NCBI GenBank assembly: GCA_018304545.1
Contig: JAGVVZ010000003.1
Coordinates: 32,987 to 96,986, forward strand
Length of the DNA: 64,000 nucleotides
DNA from: Candidatus Aenigmatarchaeota archaeon
GTDB taxonomy: Archaea > Aenigmatarchaeota > Aenigmatarchaeia > CG10238-14
Direction of reading: 5' to 3'
Shown: positions 1-9,554 of the stretch, piece after piece
How the letters are laid out: each line of letters begins with the position of its first letter
Position numbering within the stretch: the stretch's first letter is position 1
Position numbers and translations under genes: made by a program
Notes under the pieces: generated by a model
Database searches by the model: none
What the model saw: only the letters and a program-made list of their open reading frames with translations
What the model was told of the DNA's origin: nothing

Positions 1-147
1 TATGTCTAATATCTCTACATGATGACCGTCTTTTCTAAGAATGGAAGCTGCTATAGCCAAGTCCAACGGAGGCCATACTCTATCATGTCTCCAGATTTGT
101 ATCTTTTTGTATTCATACTTAGGATTTATCAGTAGTATTTTACCCAT
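1..147 (-). CDS. B12-binding domain radical SAM protein, N-terminal fragment (runs off window edge)
   Basis: Manual translation MGKILLINPKYEYKKIQIWRHDRVWPPLDLAIAASILRKDGHHVEILDI matches the typical KILLINP...PPL.LA..A..LR..GH.V.ILD start of cobalamin-binding radical SAM proteins. Confidence 0.8.
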   Translation of the reverse strand, partial: MGKILLINPKYEYKKIQIWRHDRVWPPLDLAIAASILRKDGHHVEILDI

Positions 148-179
148 AGCTCATTTTTCCAAAAACAAATTTTTATACT

Positions 180-683
180 TTATTCAAAAACAAGTTCAGC
201 GGAAGTATTGAATAGCGTGTTGGCAATACTAGCAAATGCCTCGGGAGACAGCGGCATAATAACTCTCTCATTTCCGGGTATTCTTATTCTATATTTTATT
301 CCTTCTTGTGTATACATAATATTGATACCAAGAACAGTAGAAGAAAACAAAATCTCTTTGATGAATTCATTAAACGTGAGAGAATCTGAGATGACTCTTA
401 TCTGTTTTCCTAAAATTTTTTCTATTTTCTTGATTATTATACCGTTCTTGCCTATCAGTCCTGGAACACTATTTTTGTCGCATACTATGAGCGCAAAGTT
501 TTTATCCAGATAAATTCTGCTTATCTTGCCGTCCTTCAAATGCTTCTCGCCCTTGATAGTTTTATTCAGGTTTCTATACAATCTGATTTCTTCGTCTCTT
601 ATACCATTGCTTTCCAATTTTTTGGAGCATCCGCTGCATAAAATTTCATTTTTTAAACAAACATTACAAATAGGAAACTCCAT
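180..683 (-). CDS. Archaeal NusA-like KH-domain protein with N-terminal Zn-binding CxxC pairs
   Basis: PICNVC...LCSGC, KH GxxG motif LIGKNG, KKIEKILGKQIRVI; start placed at MEFPIC (683) rather than 698. Confidence 0.75.
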   Translation of the reverse strand: MEFPICNVCLKNEILCSGCSKKLESNGIRDEEIRLYRNLNKTIKGEKHLKDGKISRIYLDKNFALIVCDKNSVPGLIGKNGIIIKKIEKILGKQIRVISDSLTFNEFIKEILFSSTVLGINIMYTQEGIKYRIRIPGNERVIMPLSPEAFASIANTLFNTSAELVFE

Positions 684-736
684 TGACATTATCTTCATTT
701 TTTAAAGTTAAAAGAATTTACATTTATTGTATAATC

Positions 737-1888
737 ATGTCTCTAGAAATTGCTATCACCGGAAAGCCGAGTTCGGGAAAATCCAGCTTCTTCAAAGCCG
801 CCACTATGATTGATGTCGAGATTTCTTCCAGACCGTTTACTACCATTAAACCAAATCAGGGAGTAGCCTATGTTGTAACAAACTGTATTGAAAAGGAATT
901 TAATGTTAAATGCAAACCAAACAAAGGAAGATGTGTTGACGGCAAAAGATATGTGCCGATAAAGCTTTGGGACATAGCTGGAATAGTACCAGAAGCACAC
1001 ACAGGAAAAGGACTGGGATTGAAATTTTTGGATGATGTGAGACAGGCATCTGCGTTGATTCAAGTTGTTGATATATCAGGGACAACTAATGAAGAGGGGA
1101 ATGTCACAACAAATTATGATCCTGTGAAAGAAGTGGAATTTGTAAGAGATGAAATAAACTCATGGTTTGAAGAAATCATAAGAAGAGGCATCGAGAAATA
1201 TGATAGAATTAAAAGAACTACAAAAATAGATATAACAGACGTGTTAACCGAACAATTGACAGGATTGCAGACATCAAAAGAACAAATAAAAAAAGTCTAT
1301 GATAGAACTGGCATTGATGATATAAAACAATTTGCCCGTGATTTAAGAGAATTAAGCAAACCGATCTTAGTTGCAGCGAATAAGATAGACTTGGAAAGGG
1401 GATTGGAAAACATTAGCAGAATTCAAAGTACAACAATACCAACATCAGCTGCAGCAGAGATAGCTCTAAAGACTGCCGAACAAAAAGACATTATTGAATA
1501 TCATGAAAATAAGATAATTATAAAAGATGAATCCAAGCTAGATAAAAAACAAATTGAGGGGTTGGGTTTAATCAAGAAGAATGTTTTAGAAAAATTCGGA
1601 TCTACAGGCATACAGAAATGTTTGAATACTACCGTTTTTGATGTATTGAACCAGATAGTTGTGTATCCTGTTGCAGATGCCAACAAGCTGACAGACAGCA
1701 AAAATAATGTCTTGCCAGATGCCTATCTTGTAAAGAATAGCACGAGACTGAAAGATTTTGCTTTTATGATACATACAGATATAGGGAACAAATTTATTGG
1801 CGGAATAGATGCTAAGACAAAGAAAAAACTTGGAGCAGATTATGAACTGAAAAACAATGATGTTGTGGAAATATTAACTTCCAAATAA
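737..1888 (+). CDS. ychF: Obg-family GTPase/ATPase YchF (archaeal type) with C-terminal TGS domain
   Basis: G1 GKPSSGKSS, PFTTIKPN, DIAG, GLGLKFLDDVRQA, NKID, TGS-like LPDAYLV...IHTDIG; start at MSLEIAITG. Confidence 0.9.
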   Translation: MSLEIAITGKPSSGKSSFFKAATMIDVEISSRPFTTIKPNQGVAYVVTNCIEKEFNVKCKPNKGRCVDGKRYVPIKLWDIAGIVPEAHTGKGLGLKFLDDVRQASALIQVVDISGTTNEEGNVTTNYDPVKEVEFVRDEINSWFEEIIRRGIEKYDRIKRTTKIDITDVLTEQLTGLQTSKEQIKKVYDRTGIDDIKQFARDLRELSKPILVAANKIDLERGLENISRIQSTTIPTSAAAEIALKTAEQKDIIEYHENKIIIKDESKLDKKQIEGLGLIKKNVLEKFGSTGIQKCLNTTVFDVLNQIVVYPVADANKLTDSKNNVLPDAYLVKNSTRLKDFAFMIHTDIGNKFIGGIDAKTKKKLGADYELKNNDVVEILTSK

Positions 1889-1929
1889 AAATTAAAGGTT
1901 TTCTACCTCATATTAAAACAGGTGCTATA

Positions 1930-3069
1930 ATGAAAATAGGTTTATTATTAGATGATACGTTAGACTCGAATGATGGCGTCCAACAATATGTAAAGTCGCT
2001 GGCTAGATGGTTATTGAAAGAAGGACATGACGTAAAGTTTTTAGTCGGTCAAAGTTCGGATAAAAGTGAATTTGGAAATAGAGTGATTAGCCTAAGTACT
2101 AACATAATAGTCAGCGGCAACTCTAACATTTTATCGATGCCTATCTGGCCCAACATAGAAAAAATGAAGAAAAGTTTAGATGAAGAAAAGTTTGATGTTC
2201 TTCACGTTCAAGCGCCTTACTCTCCACTGATGTCGGAGATAATATTAAATTTAGCGAACACTCCAAAAGTTGCTACATTTCATATATTCTCTACTAATCC
2301 TGTCTACTGTTACGGTTCCAAAATTTTGGCTTTTTTTCAAAAAAAATCATTATCTTCCATTAGATTTATCTCAATTTCCGTTGCCTCCAAAAAATTTGCC
2401 AAAAATTTTTTTGGAGTGGATTCAATAGTCATACCCCCCGCTATCAATTTGAAAAAAAATGATGGAAAAATGATTAAAAAATATCTGGATGGAAAAATCA
2501 ATATTTTATTTTTTGGCAGATTAGTAAAGAGAAAGGGTGTGATATATCTTCTTCGTGCATACAAAAAACTCATCACCCGCATAGGTAAAAATTCTCTGCG
2601 TATAATCATTGCTGGAGAAGGTAAAGAGAAAACATGGTTAAAGATTTATGCCAAAATGTTTAACTTGCCTAATGTTGAGTTTACAGGTTACATAGAAGAG
2701 AATGACAAAGCAGCATACTACAACACCTCCGACATATGCGTGTTTACGGCAACACACGGAGAAAGCTTTGGCATTGTGCTTCTGGAGGCGATGGCTTGCG
2801 GCAAGCCTGTCGTTGCTTTTGCCAATGCAGGTTATAAGGAAGTGCTTGCCAATGCAGGTTATAAGGAAGTGCTTACCGGCGAAGGTGCGAGGTTTCTGGT
2901 AGAACCAAAAAATGTTGACGAGCTTGCGGAGAAGTTAGAAATATTAATAAAAGATAAGAAATTAAGAGATAGGATGGGGAAGTGGGGATTGGAAGAAGTG
3001 AAGAAATATGATTTATCTATTATGGGTAAACAAATACTAAATTTTTATAAAGAGGTTTTGAGGGATTAA
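1930..3069 (+). CDS. GT4 glycosyltransferase (PimA-like)
   Basis: GVQQYV, LHVQAP, FFGRLVKRKG, ESFGIVLLEAMACG; carries a 9-aa tandem duplication ANAGYKEVL. Confidence 0.9.
   Translation: MKIGLLLDDTLDSNDGVQQYVKSLARWLLKEGHDVKFLVGQSSDKSEFGNRVISLSTNIIVSGNSNILSMPIWPNIEKMKKSLDEEKFDVLHVQAPYSPLMSEIILNLANTPKVATFHIFSTNPVYCYGSKILAFFQKKSLSSIRFISISVASKKFAKNFFGVDSIVIPPAINLKKNDGKMIKKYLDGKINILFFGRLVKRKGVIYLLRAYKKLITRIGKNSLRIIIAGEGKEKTWLKIYAKMFNLPNVEFTGYIEENDKAAYYNTSDICVFTATHGESFGIVLLEAMACGKPVVAFANAGYKEVLANAGYKEVLTGEGARFLVEPKNVDELAEKLEILIKDKKLRDRMGKWGLEEVKKYDLSIMGKQILNFYKEVLRD
2821..2874 (+). repeat. 27-bp perfect tandem duplication inside GT4 gene
   Basis: gccaatgcaggttataaggaagtgctt x2 (2821-2847, 2848-2874). 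Confidence 0.95.
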
Positions 3070-3073
3070 TCAA

Positions 3074-4153
3074 ATGAGAATAGCATTAGTGACCGCTCAT
3101 CCCATAACTTTACCAGGTGGCGTACAGGAACATGTCAGGGGTTTGTATAATTATTTGAAAAAAAACGGGCATTATGTAAAAATAATTTCACCTAATCCGG
3201 GCAAAGAAAGGAGTCACGAAGACATGATATATCTTGGCTATTCCATACCTGTTTCGTCTAATGATAGTAGCGCTAACATGAGTTACTGCTTTGATCAAAG
3301 AAATATCAAGAAATTATTAGAAAAAGAAAAATTCGAAATTATACATGTGCATAACCCTGCGTTGTTTGTCGGCTTGCAAATGTTGGACATGTCCACTTCA
3401 AAAAATATAATTACAATCCACACTCTCCCGGAAGGGAGCTATTTGTTCAAATCTTTCTCCAATTTCTTCGATATTCTATTCAAAGACAAAATACTAAAAA
3501 TGGATGGCGTCATTGCAGTATCAAAACCTATCTTAAATTATTTGCCTAAAAAATTAAATTGTCGAATTGAAGTTATACCAAATGGTATCAATACTGAAAG
3601 ATTTAATCCTAATGTTAAAAGAATAGAAAAATTCGATAATAAAAAAATAAACATACTCTTTTTAGGGAGATTAGATAAAAGAAAGGGGACAATATATTTA
3701 ATCAAAGCCTTTGAAAAAATAAGGAGGGGATATGACAATATCAGACTAATAATCGCTGGTGATGGTCAACAAATGAAAGAATGTAAATCTTATGTTAAAA
3801 AAAATAAAATTCATGATGTGAATTTTGAAGGTAATATTTCAAATGAGAATTTGCCTTCGTATTATTGCACTGCCGATATCTTCTGTTCACCGGCAACACA
3901 CGGAGAAAGCTTTGGCATTGTGCTTCTGGAGGCGATGGCTTGCGGCAAGCCTGTCGTTGCTTTTGCCAATGCAGGTTATAAGGAAGTGCAGAATGTTGAC
4001 GAGCTTGCGGAAAGACTAGAAATATTAATAAAAGATAAAAAATTAAGAGAGAGAATGGGGAAGTGGGGATTGGAAGAAGTGAAGAAATATGATTGGAATG
4101 TTGTTGGGAAAAAGATATTGGAGTTTTATGAAAAGGTTTTGAAGGGGGAATAA
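3074..4153 (+). CDS. GT4 glycosyltransferase (PimA-like), paralog with about 12-aa deletion
   Basis: PGGVQEHV, IPNGI, FLGRLDKRKG, ESFGIVLLEAMACG; 3891-3989 is identical to 2747-2845. Confidence 0.9.
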   Translation: MRIALVTAHPITLPGGVQEHVRGLYNYLKKNGHYVKIISPNPGKERSHEDMIYLGYSIPVSSNDSSANMSYCFDQRNIKKLLEKEKFEIIHVHNPALFVGLQMLDMSTSKNIITIHTLPEGSYLFKSFSNFFDILFKDKILKMDGVIAVSKPILNYLPKKLNCRIEVIPNGINTERFNPNVKRIEKFDNKKINILFLGRLDKRKGTIYLIKAFEKIRRGYDNIRLIIAGDGQQMKECKSYVKKNKIHDVNFEGNISNENLPSYYCTADIFCSPATHGESFGIVLLEAMACGKPVVAFANAGYKEVQNVDELAERLEILIKDKKLRERMGKWGLEEVKKYDWNVVGKKILEFYEKVLKGE

Positions 4154-4507
4154 ATGAACGGATTTCTAATAAAACTTGCAAAAATAATATTTATCATACA
4201 CATCTCATGGGTACTGTTCATAATATACGGAATTTTTTTCAGACTTCCTTCTCTGCTATTAAATCCTCATCTTATTATGTCTGCGCTCGCGATGATAGCA
4301 CCCATTATAAACGAGTGTCCATTAACAACTCTAGAAAGGTTTATTAGAAAAAAGGCGGGACAAAAACTAGTGAGAGACAGAGGCTCGCTGTTCTTGGGAA
4401 TATTGGAAGACAAGACAAACATCAAACTGCCTCAGATTTCAATAAGAATTTTCGGCTTCTTTTTAGCATTATTCGGTATGTTTGTACACTACAAGAGATT
4501 TTTCTGA
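4154..4507 (+). CDS. Small membrane protein (DUF2784-like)
   Basis: Three hydrophobic segments, H in TM1, CPLTTLERFIR motif. Confidence 0.6.
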   Translation: MNGFLIKLAKIIFIIHISWVLFIIYGIFFRLPSLLLNPHLIMSALAMIAPIINECPLTTLERFIRKKAGQKLVRDRGSLFLGILEDKTNIKLPQISIRIFGFFLALFGMFVHYKRFF

Positions 4508-4543
4508 GCAAATTTAAAAACATTGAAACCGAATTATCTTGAC

Positions 4544-4819
4544 ATGAATAAATTTAATGTGATTTATTTTTTCAGCAACAATTCTGGAGCCTGTAAAATA
4601 CAGAATGAATTGATGTCCAATTTAGAAAAAAATTTCAAAGAAGTAAATTTCAAAAGGATTGATGTGGATGCCGATAATGCCACAAAAATCAAGTATCAGA
4701 TCAGTGAAACACCTAGCATAGTTCTTGAAAATGACGGCAAGGTAAAAGAAAAATTCTCTGGATTGACACAGGAACTGTTTTTAAGAAGAGCAATCGAAAA
4801 AAATTTGAATGGAAAATAA
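4544..4819 (+). CDS. Thioredoxin-fold protein with degenerate active site (SGAC)
   Basis: FKRIDVD...KYQISETPSIV...GKVKEKFSG thioredoxin pattern; CxxC replaced by SGAC. Confidence 0.7.
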   Translation: MNKFNVIYFFSNNSGACKIQNELMSNLEKNFKEVNFKRIDVDADNATKIKYQISETPSIVLENDGKVKEKFSGLTQELFLRRAIEKNLNGK

Positions 4820-4913
4820 TTACTGTCTTACATTCGATTCTCTAAAAGCTCATCTGTGAAATAAACAAAACATTAATACAAACCTAAATTTGTAAACATG
4901 TATTTCTTTAATA

Positions 4914-6455
4914 ATGGAAAAAATGCAATTCCTCAATTATGAAAAGTTTACTCCTAGATTATACCAAGAGCTCATAGCCGCTACAGCTGTAAAAAAGAAT
5001 ACGCTTTGCATACTTCCAACCGGATTGGGAAAAACTTTTATAGCCATTCTAGTATCTGCTTACAAATTGGAAGAATCAATTGACAGTAAGATCCTAATGA
5101 TCGCACCAACACGTCCACTGGTCAATCAGCATCTAGAAACGTTCAAAAAGAGCATGTATGTAGACGAGTCGAAGCTTATCGGACTGACAGGTAAAATTCA
5201 TAGAGATGACAGAAAGGTTCTTTATGAGAAAGGTCAAGTGTTTTTTACGACTCCGCAAATAGTTAGGAACGACGTGGATAACAAAATTCTAAATTTGGAA
5301 AAGTTTTCATTGCTCATCATAGATGAATGTCATAGATCTGTGAAGCAGTATGCATATACCGAAGTAACTGAGAGATATTTCAAATCTGCTTTGAAACCGT
5401 TGGTTTTGGGATTAACTGCATCACCTGGTGGAATCAAAGATAAAATAGATGAAGTGAAGAAGAATCTAAGGATAGAAGCGGTTGAAATCAGAACGGAAAA
5501 GGACGAGGATGTAAAACCGTATGTCAAAGAAACAGAAGTTCACCGTGTCTATGTAGAATTTCCTGAAGAATTTCAAAAAATCAGTAGACTACTTAAAGAC
5601 GTGTACGAAGAAAAAATATCCGCACTAATACGAGCCAGATTGCTTCAATCCTCGAGAGTATCAAAAAGAGAGATCCTTGACTTACAGATGGAACTCGGAA
5701 AAATGTATAGTGAGACAAAGGACTATGCTGTTGCACGCATGCTCGTAGTATGCGCCCAGACCATAAAAATAGAGCATGCTATCGGCCTACTAGAAACCCA
5801 AGGCATCGTACAATTAAACAAATACTTTCTGGAAATGGAGAAAAATAAAAGTTCTGCTAATAAGCATTTATTGAATGATGTCAAAGTACTGCAAGCAATA
5901 AAATTAACCAAAGAATTGTATCTGAACGGCACGGAACATCCGAAGCTGGGAAAATTATTGGAAATAATCAAAAAAGATGTCTCTGAGAAGAAGAATACTA
6001 AGATCATTGTTTTCGCAAACTATAGAGATACTGTAGAGAGGATTGTTAAGCTTCTGAATAAAAGTGGGATAGAAGCGAGGGAGTTTATAGGACAGGCCAA
6101 GAAAAGCGGTAAAGGATTATCACAGAAAGAGCAGATACAATTGTTGAATGAATTTGGTTATGAAATTTTTAACGTATTAGTCTGCACAAGCATCGGAGAA
6201 GAAGGACTATCTATCCCTGCTGTGGATATTGTAATGTTTTATGAGCCGGTGCCAAGCGAGATTAGGACAATTCAGAGAAGGGGGAGGACAGGAAGGACAG
6301 AAACAGGGAAGGTTATATTCCTCATAACTAAAGGCACGAGAGACGAAAGCTATTACTGGACAGCTTACCACAAAGAGAAAAGGATGAGAAGTATAATTGA
6401 CACGATGAAAGAGAACAACTCTGAGAAAAGAAAGGTTTCAGACTGGTTAGAGTAG
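4914..6455 (+). CDS. hef: Hef/FANCM-family SF2 helicase (helicase part only)
   Basis: PRLYQ, LPTGLGKT, DECH, LGLTASPG, HPKL, TSIGEEGL, QRRGRTGR. Confidence 0.9.
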   Translation: MEKMQFLNYEKFTPRLYQELIAATAVKKNTLCILPTGLGKTFIAILVSAYKLEESIDSKILMIAPTRPLVNQHLETFKKSMYVDESKLIGLTGKIHRDDRKVLYEKGQVFFTTPQIVRNDVDNKILNLEKFSLLIIDECHRSVKQYAYTEVTERYFKSALKPLVLGLTASPGGIKDKIDEVKKNLRIEAVEIRTEKDEDVKPYVKETEVHRVYVEFPEEFQKISRLLKDVYEEKISALIRARLLQSSRVSKREILDLQMELGKMYSETKDYAVARMLVVCAQTIKIEHAIGLLETQGIVQLNKYFLEMEKNKSSANKHLLNDVKVLQAIKLTKELYLNGTEHPKLGKLLEIIKKDVSEKKNTKIIVFANYRDTVERIVKLLNKSGIEAREFIGQAKKSGKGLSQKEQIQLLNEFGYEIFNVLVCTSIGEEGLSIPAVDIVMFYEPVPSEIRTIQRRGRTGRTETGKVIFLITKGTRDESYYWTAYHKEKRMRSIIDTMKENNSEKRKVSDWLE

Positions 6456-6466
6456 TACTATTGTTA

Positions 6467-6483
6467 TCACTACTATATAGTGA
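6467..6483. promoter_or_regulatory. Candidate palindromic operator TTNCTA-N5-TAGNAA
   Basis: tcaCTActataTAGtga upstream of the 6511 orphan. Confidence 0.35.
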
Positions 6484-6510
6484 ATTATAGAAATATTCTT
6501 AAATGAAAAG

Positions 6511-7215
6511 TTGCTATATAGTGGTATGTCTGTAATGGGTTACGTAAGACGAATACCGGCACATGTTGCAAATATTCCTAATTATATAGCTAGGATACCT
6601 GGTTATGCTCAAGCTGCAAATAGACATCCAAATTTAACCGCAGCTGCAGTAGGTCTAGCACCTGCAGCAGGATTAGGAGCAATAGGATTATATCATATAA
6701 ATAGTGCTGAAGGTTTAGCGGCTTTAGGCCTCATGCTTGTTTATACTGCTGCTGGATCAGCCATTTTAAATGTTGGAACTAGAATCGGAAGACGTGCTGT
6801 AATAGCAGCTACAGGTGGTGCTCAAAATGCAGATAGAGCTGTCAGATTTGCCGATGTTTATGCTGTAGCCAACTTAATTGGTGGCGCTCTTAATATCTGT
6901 CCTTATTTAGGTGCTGCTGTTAGTGATGGCGTGGGTGATGCGTTCAGATGGAGAACTGCTAGAGAAGCTGCTGATGCAATAAGACTTACCGGAAATTTAG
7001 TATGTCAGCCCGCAACTACAATTGCTTCTGCTGCCGGTGCATATGTATTATCAAGAGGTGCTAGATTAGCTGAAGCAGGTGCAAGAAGAGCATATAATGC
7101 TGCTAGTCCTGCAGTGCAAGACGCATTAGCAAATCCTGCGGTGCAAGCACAGATAGGAAGAACTGCATTTGATTTGGCGGTTGCATACGTCAAGAGAATG
7201 TTGGGTTTACCATAA
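6511..7215 (+). CDS. Ala/Gly-rich hydrophobic orphan membrane protein
   Basis: 234-aa ORF with several GxxxG/Ala-rich helices; no recognisable family. Confidence 0.6.
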   Translation: MLYSGMSVMGYVRRIPAHVANIPNYIARIPGYAQAANRHPNLTAAAVGLAPAAGLGAIGLYHINSAEGLAALGLMLVYTAAGSAILNVGTRIGRRAVIAATGGAQNADRAVRFADVYAVANLIGGALNICPYLGAAVSDGVGDAFRWRTAREAADAIRLTGNLVCQPATTIASAAGAYVLSRGARLAEAGARRAYNAASPAVQDALANPAVQAQIGRTAFDLAVAYVKRMLGLP

Positions 7216-7320
7216 ATTACTCAAATAAAGCAATCTTCTCATTTTTTGATTCAATATTGATAAAATTATACCACTAAAGAGTAAGTAATATTAAGTATTT
7301 GTATAAACAAATTAATCGTT

Positions 7321-7758
7321 ATGGCACTGCAACCACAAGGAGAGGATTGGTTAGGAAGATTATTACCTAATCCTGGCACTCTAGTAACTATAGGCGGATC
7401 TTTATTAGCAGGTGCTACGGTTTACGTATTAGCAGAAATCGTAGAACAAATGATAGGTGCAAGAGGGGCAGTAAAATATGCACTTGACACAACACAGTAC
7501 ATTCTCGGGCCTGTTGCTACCATAATAGCAACCAATTTATTAATGAGGATGCCTGATGTGAGTCCATGGTCTGCAGTGGTGACATATCCGGTTGCTGTTG
7601 GAGTAGCGATAGTTGGTTTTTACGGAATAGGAGCAGAAGTAACTGAATTATACAGAGAAACCTTTAATGGTGACTTCATTGCCTTTTGTATTGGTTGTTG
7701 TCCGGCCGGATTAATAGCAGGTGCCGCTGCTGGTTTGAGTGCTTATAGAGGAAGATAA
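7321..7758 (+). CDS. Gly/Ala-rich 4-TM orphan protein
   Basis: 145-aa ORF, four hydrophobic helices, TATA-like box about 25-30 bp upstream. Confidence 0.6.
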   Translation: MALQPQGEDWLGRLLPNPGTLVTIGGSLLAGATVYVLAEIVEQMIGARGAVKYALDTTQYILGPVATIIATNLLMRMPDVSPWSAVVTYPVAVGVAIVGFYGIGAEVTELYRETFNGDFIAFCIGCCPAGLIAGAAAGLSAYRGR

Positions 7759-7779
7759 ATTTATTTTTAGAAATTCAAT

Positions 7780-8457
7780 TTGTTAATAATGCAAGGTATT
7801 CTCAAACCCGATGACAGGACTGCTGTAATAATAGACGATAGAGAAAGAGCTAGTCTCATATCAGAACGGCTAAAAAAATTAAATGTCATTCTCAACTGGC
7901 AGAGGCTGGAAGTAGGCGATTTCATACTCTCTGACAGATGCTGCATTGAAAGAAAGACGTTTGATGATTTCGCAAGTTCGATTGCCGATGGTAGATTATT
8001 TCAGCAATTAGAAGAATTGAAAAGAAATTTTGAAAGGCCTATGCTTATATTAGAGGGACGTGCGCTAAAAAGGAACGTGAGTGAAAATGCTGTAAAGGCC
8101 GCTATGGCCGCTACTATGCTACAGTACGATATACCCATTTTGATGACGAAAGATGTTGATGAAACTGCTAAAATTATTTATTGGCTTGCGAAGAAAGAAC
8201 AAACTGATAATAAAAGAGTTATTGGAATAAAAGGTAAAAAGAAACCGAAAGAAGCAAGTCTGTTGCAAGAACATTTTATTGCCAGCCTGCCTGGAATATC
8301 TACAGTGCTGTCGAAAAAAATATTGAACGAGTTTAAAACTGTTAAAAACTTTGTTAATTCTAAAGAAGAGGATATTGCTAAGATAAAAGGCTTTGGGAAA
8401 AAACAGGCAAAAAAATTGTGGAAAATAATAAACGGCAAATATGAGGTTGATAAATGA
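7780..8457 (+). CDS. xpf: ERCC4/XPF structure-specific nuclease with HhH2 domain (nuclease half of Hef)
   Basis: IIDDRE, LEVGDFILSD, IERKTFDDFASSIADGRLFQQ, LPGIS...IKGFG. Confidence 0.9.
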   Translation: MLIMQGILKPDDRTAVIIDDRERASLISERLKKLNVILNWQRLEVGDFILSDRCCIERKTFDDFASSIADGRLFQQLEELKRNFERPMLILEGRALKRNVSENAVKAAMAATMLQYDIPILMTKDVDETAKIIYWLAKKEQTDNKRVIGIKGKKKPKEASLLQEHFIASLPGISTVLSKKILNEFKTVKNFVNSKEEDIAKIKGFGKKQAKKLWKIINGKYEVDK

Positions 8458-9554
8458 AAAGACCCGTCATAGTTGGATTTGATCCCGGCACTACAGCTGG
8501 CCTGGCAATCATTGACACCAACGGCCAACTGCTCTTTCTATCCAGCAAAAAAGAAATGAAGAGAAATGAAATATTACGAAACATCATGGCACGCGGAAAA
8601 CCTATCATTATTTCTGCTGACAGAAATCCGTTGCCGCACAACGTTGAGAAACTAGCAAGCACACTGGGTTGCAGGCCATTCTATCCTATCAGATCGTTAT
8701 CGAGTTTAGAGAAAATAAAACTAGTTGGAGGCTTTTCAGACAAAATAAAAAATGATCACGAGAGGGATGCATTAGCTGCTGCCTTAGGAGTTTACAAACA
8801 TTACGCATCATTATTTTTAAAGACCAAGAGAGAACTTGAAAGGATAGGCTTGATCAAACTACACTCATCTGTTCTGGAAAAATTAATAACAAACGAAGCA
8901 GAAAACATAGAAGAAGCTATAGAGATGTCGCAAGAAAAAATACCAAAGATGGAAAAAGAAAAAATTACGCCAAAAATAGAAGTTGCTGTTCCTAAGAATG
9001 TTGCTCTTTTGGAAGAAGAACTTAAAAGAAAGAAGATGGATATTGAAATATTGAAAAAATATAATGAAGACTTGAAAAAAAGAATTGAGCATAATGATAA
9101 AGAACTAAAAATATCTTTGGAAAAAAAATCCGATGGCAATGTCGAGAGACTGAAAGGTGAGATAAGAAAAAAGAACGAGACAATAAAATTACTCAGGGAT
9201 TATAGGCAACATGAAATAAAAGATCTCATGCCTGTGATTGAAATCAAAAACATTAAAAAGGATGAGACGGATGTGTTGCATAATGCTATTGATTTAACAA
9301 ACAGAATCGTATATGCGAAAAATTCTGAGAATGCGCAAATCCTGAATGACTATAATATAAGAGCGCTCATCACTAATACAGAAAACATGTCAAAAAAAAT
9401 TAATTTTCCTGCGATCGATATTAAAGATATTTCCATTCAGCAGTCAAATGAATATAAGGTAGTTGCTGAGAAAGAACTGGAAGAAAATGTTACCAGATCT
9501 AAAAAGACAGGGATAGTTGAATGGCTGGAAACTTACAAGAAAAGGAAAATTTAA
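8454..9554 (+). CDS. DUF460-family protein (RNase H-like N-terminus plus coiled coil)
   Basis: IVGFDPGTTAGLAIID, NDHERDALAAA. Confidence 0.85.
   Translation: MKRPVIVGFDPGTTAGLAIIDTNGQLLFLSSKKEMKRNEILRNIMARGKPIIISADRNPLPHNVEKLASTLGCRPFYPIRSLSSLEKIKLVGGFSDKIKNDHERDALAAALGVYKHYASLFLKTKRELERIGLIKLHSSVLEKLITNEAENIEEAIEMSQEKIPKMEKEKITPKIEVAVPKNVALLEEELKRKKMDIEILKKYNEDLKKRIEHNDKELKISLEKKSDGNVERLKGEIRKKNETIKLLRDYRQHEIKDLMPVIEIKNIKKDETDVLHNAIDLTNRIVYAKNSENAQILNDYNIRALITNTENMSKKINFPAIDIKDISIQQSNEYKVVAEKELEENVTRSKKTGIVEWLETYKKRKI

Noticed and set aside
2747-4093. Diversity-generating retroelement TR/VR pair
   Set aside because: Mismatches are not restricted to adenines of one copy, both copies are coding, and no reverse transcriptase is in the window.
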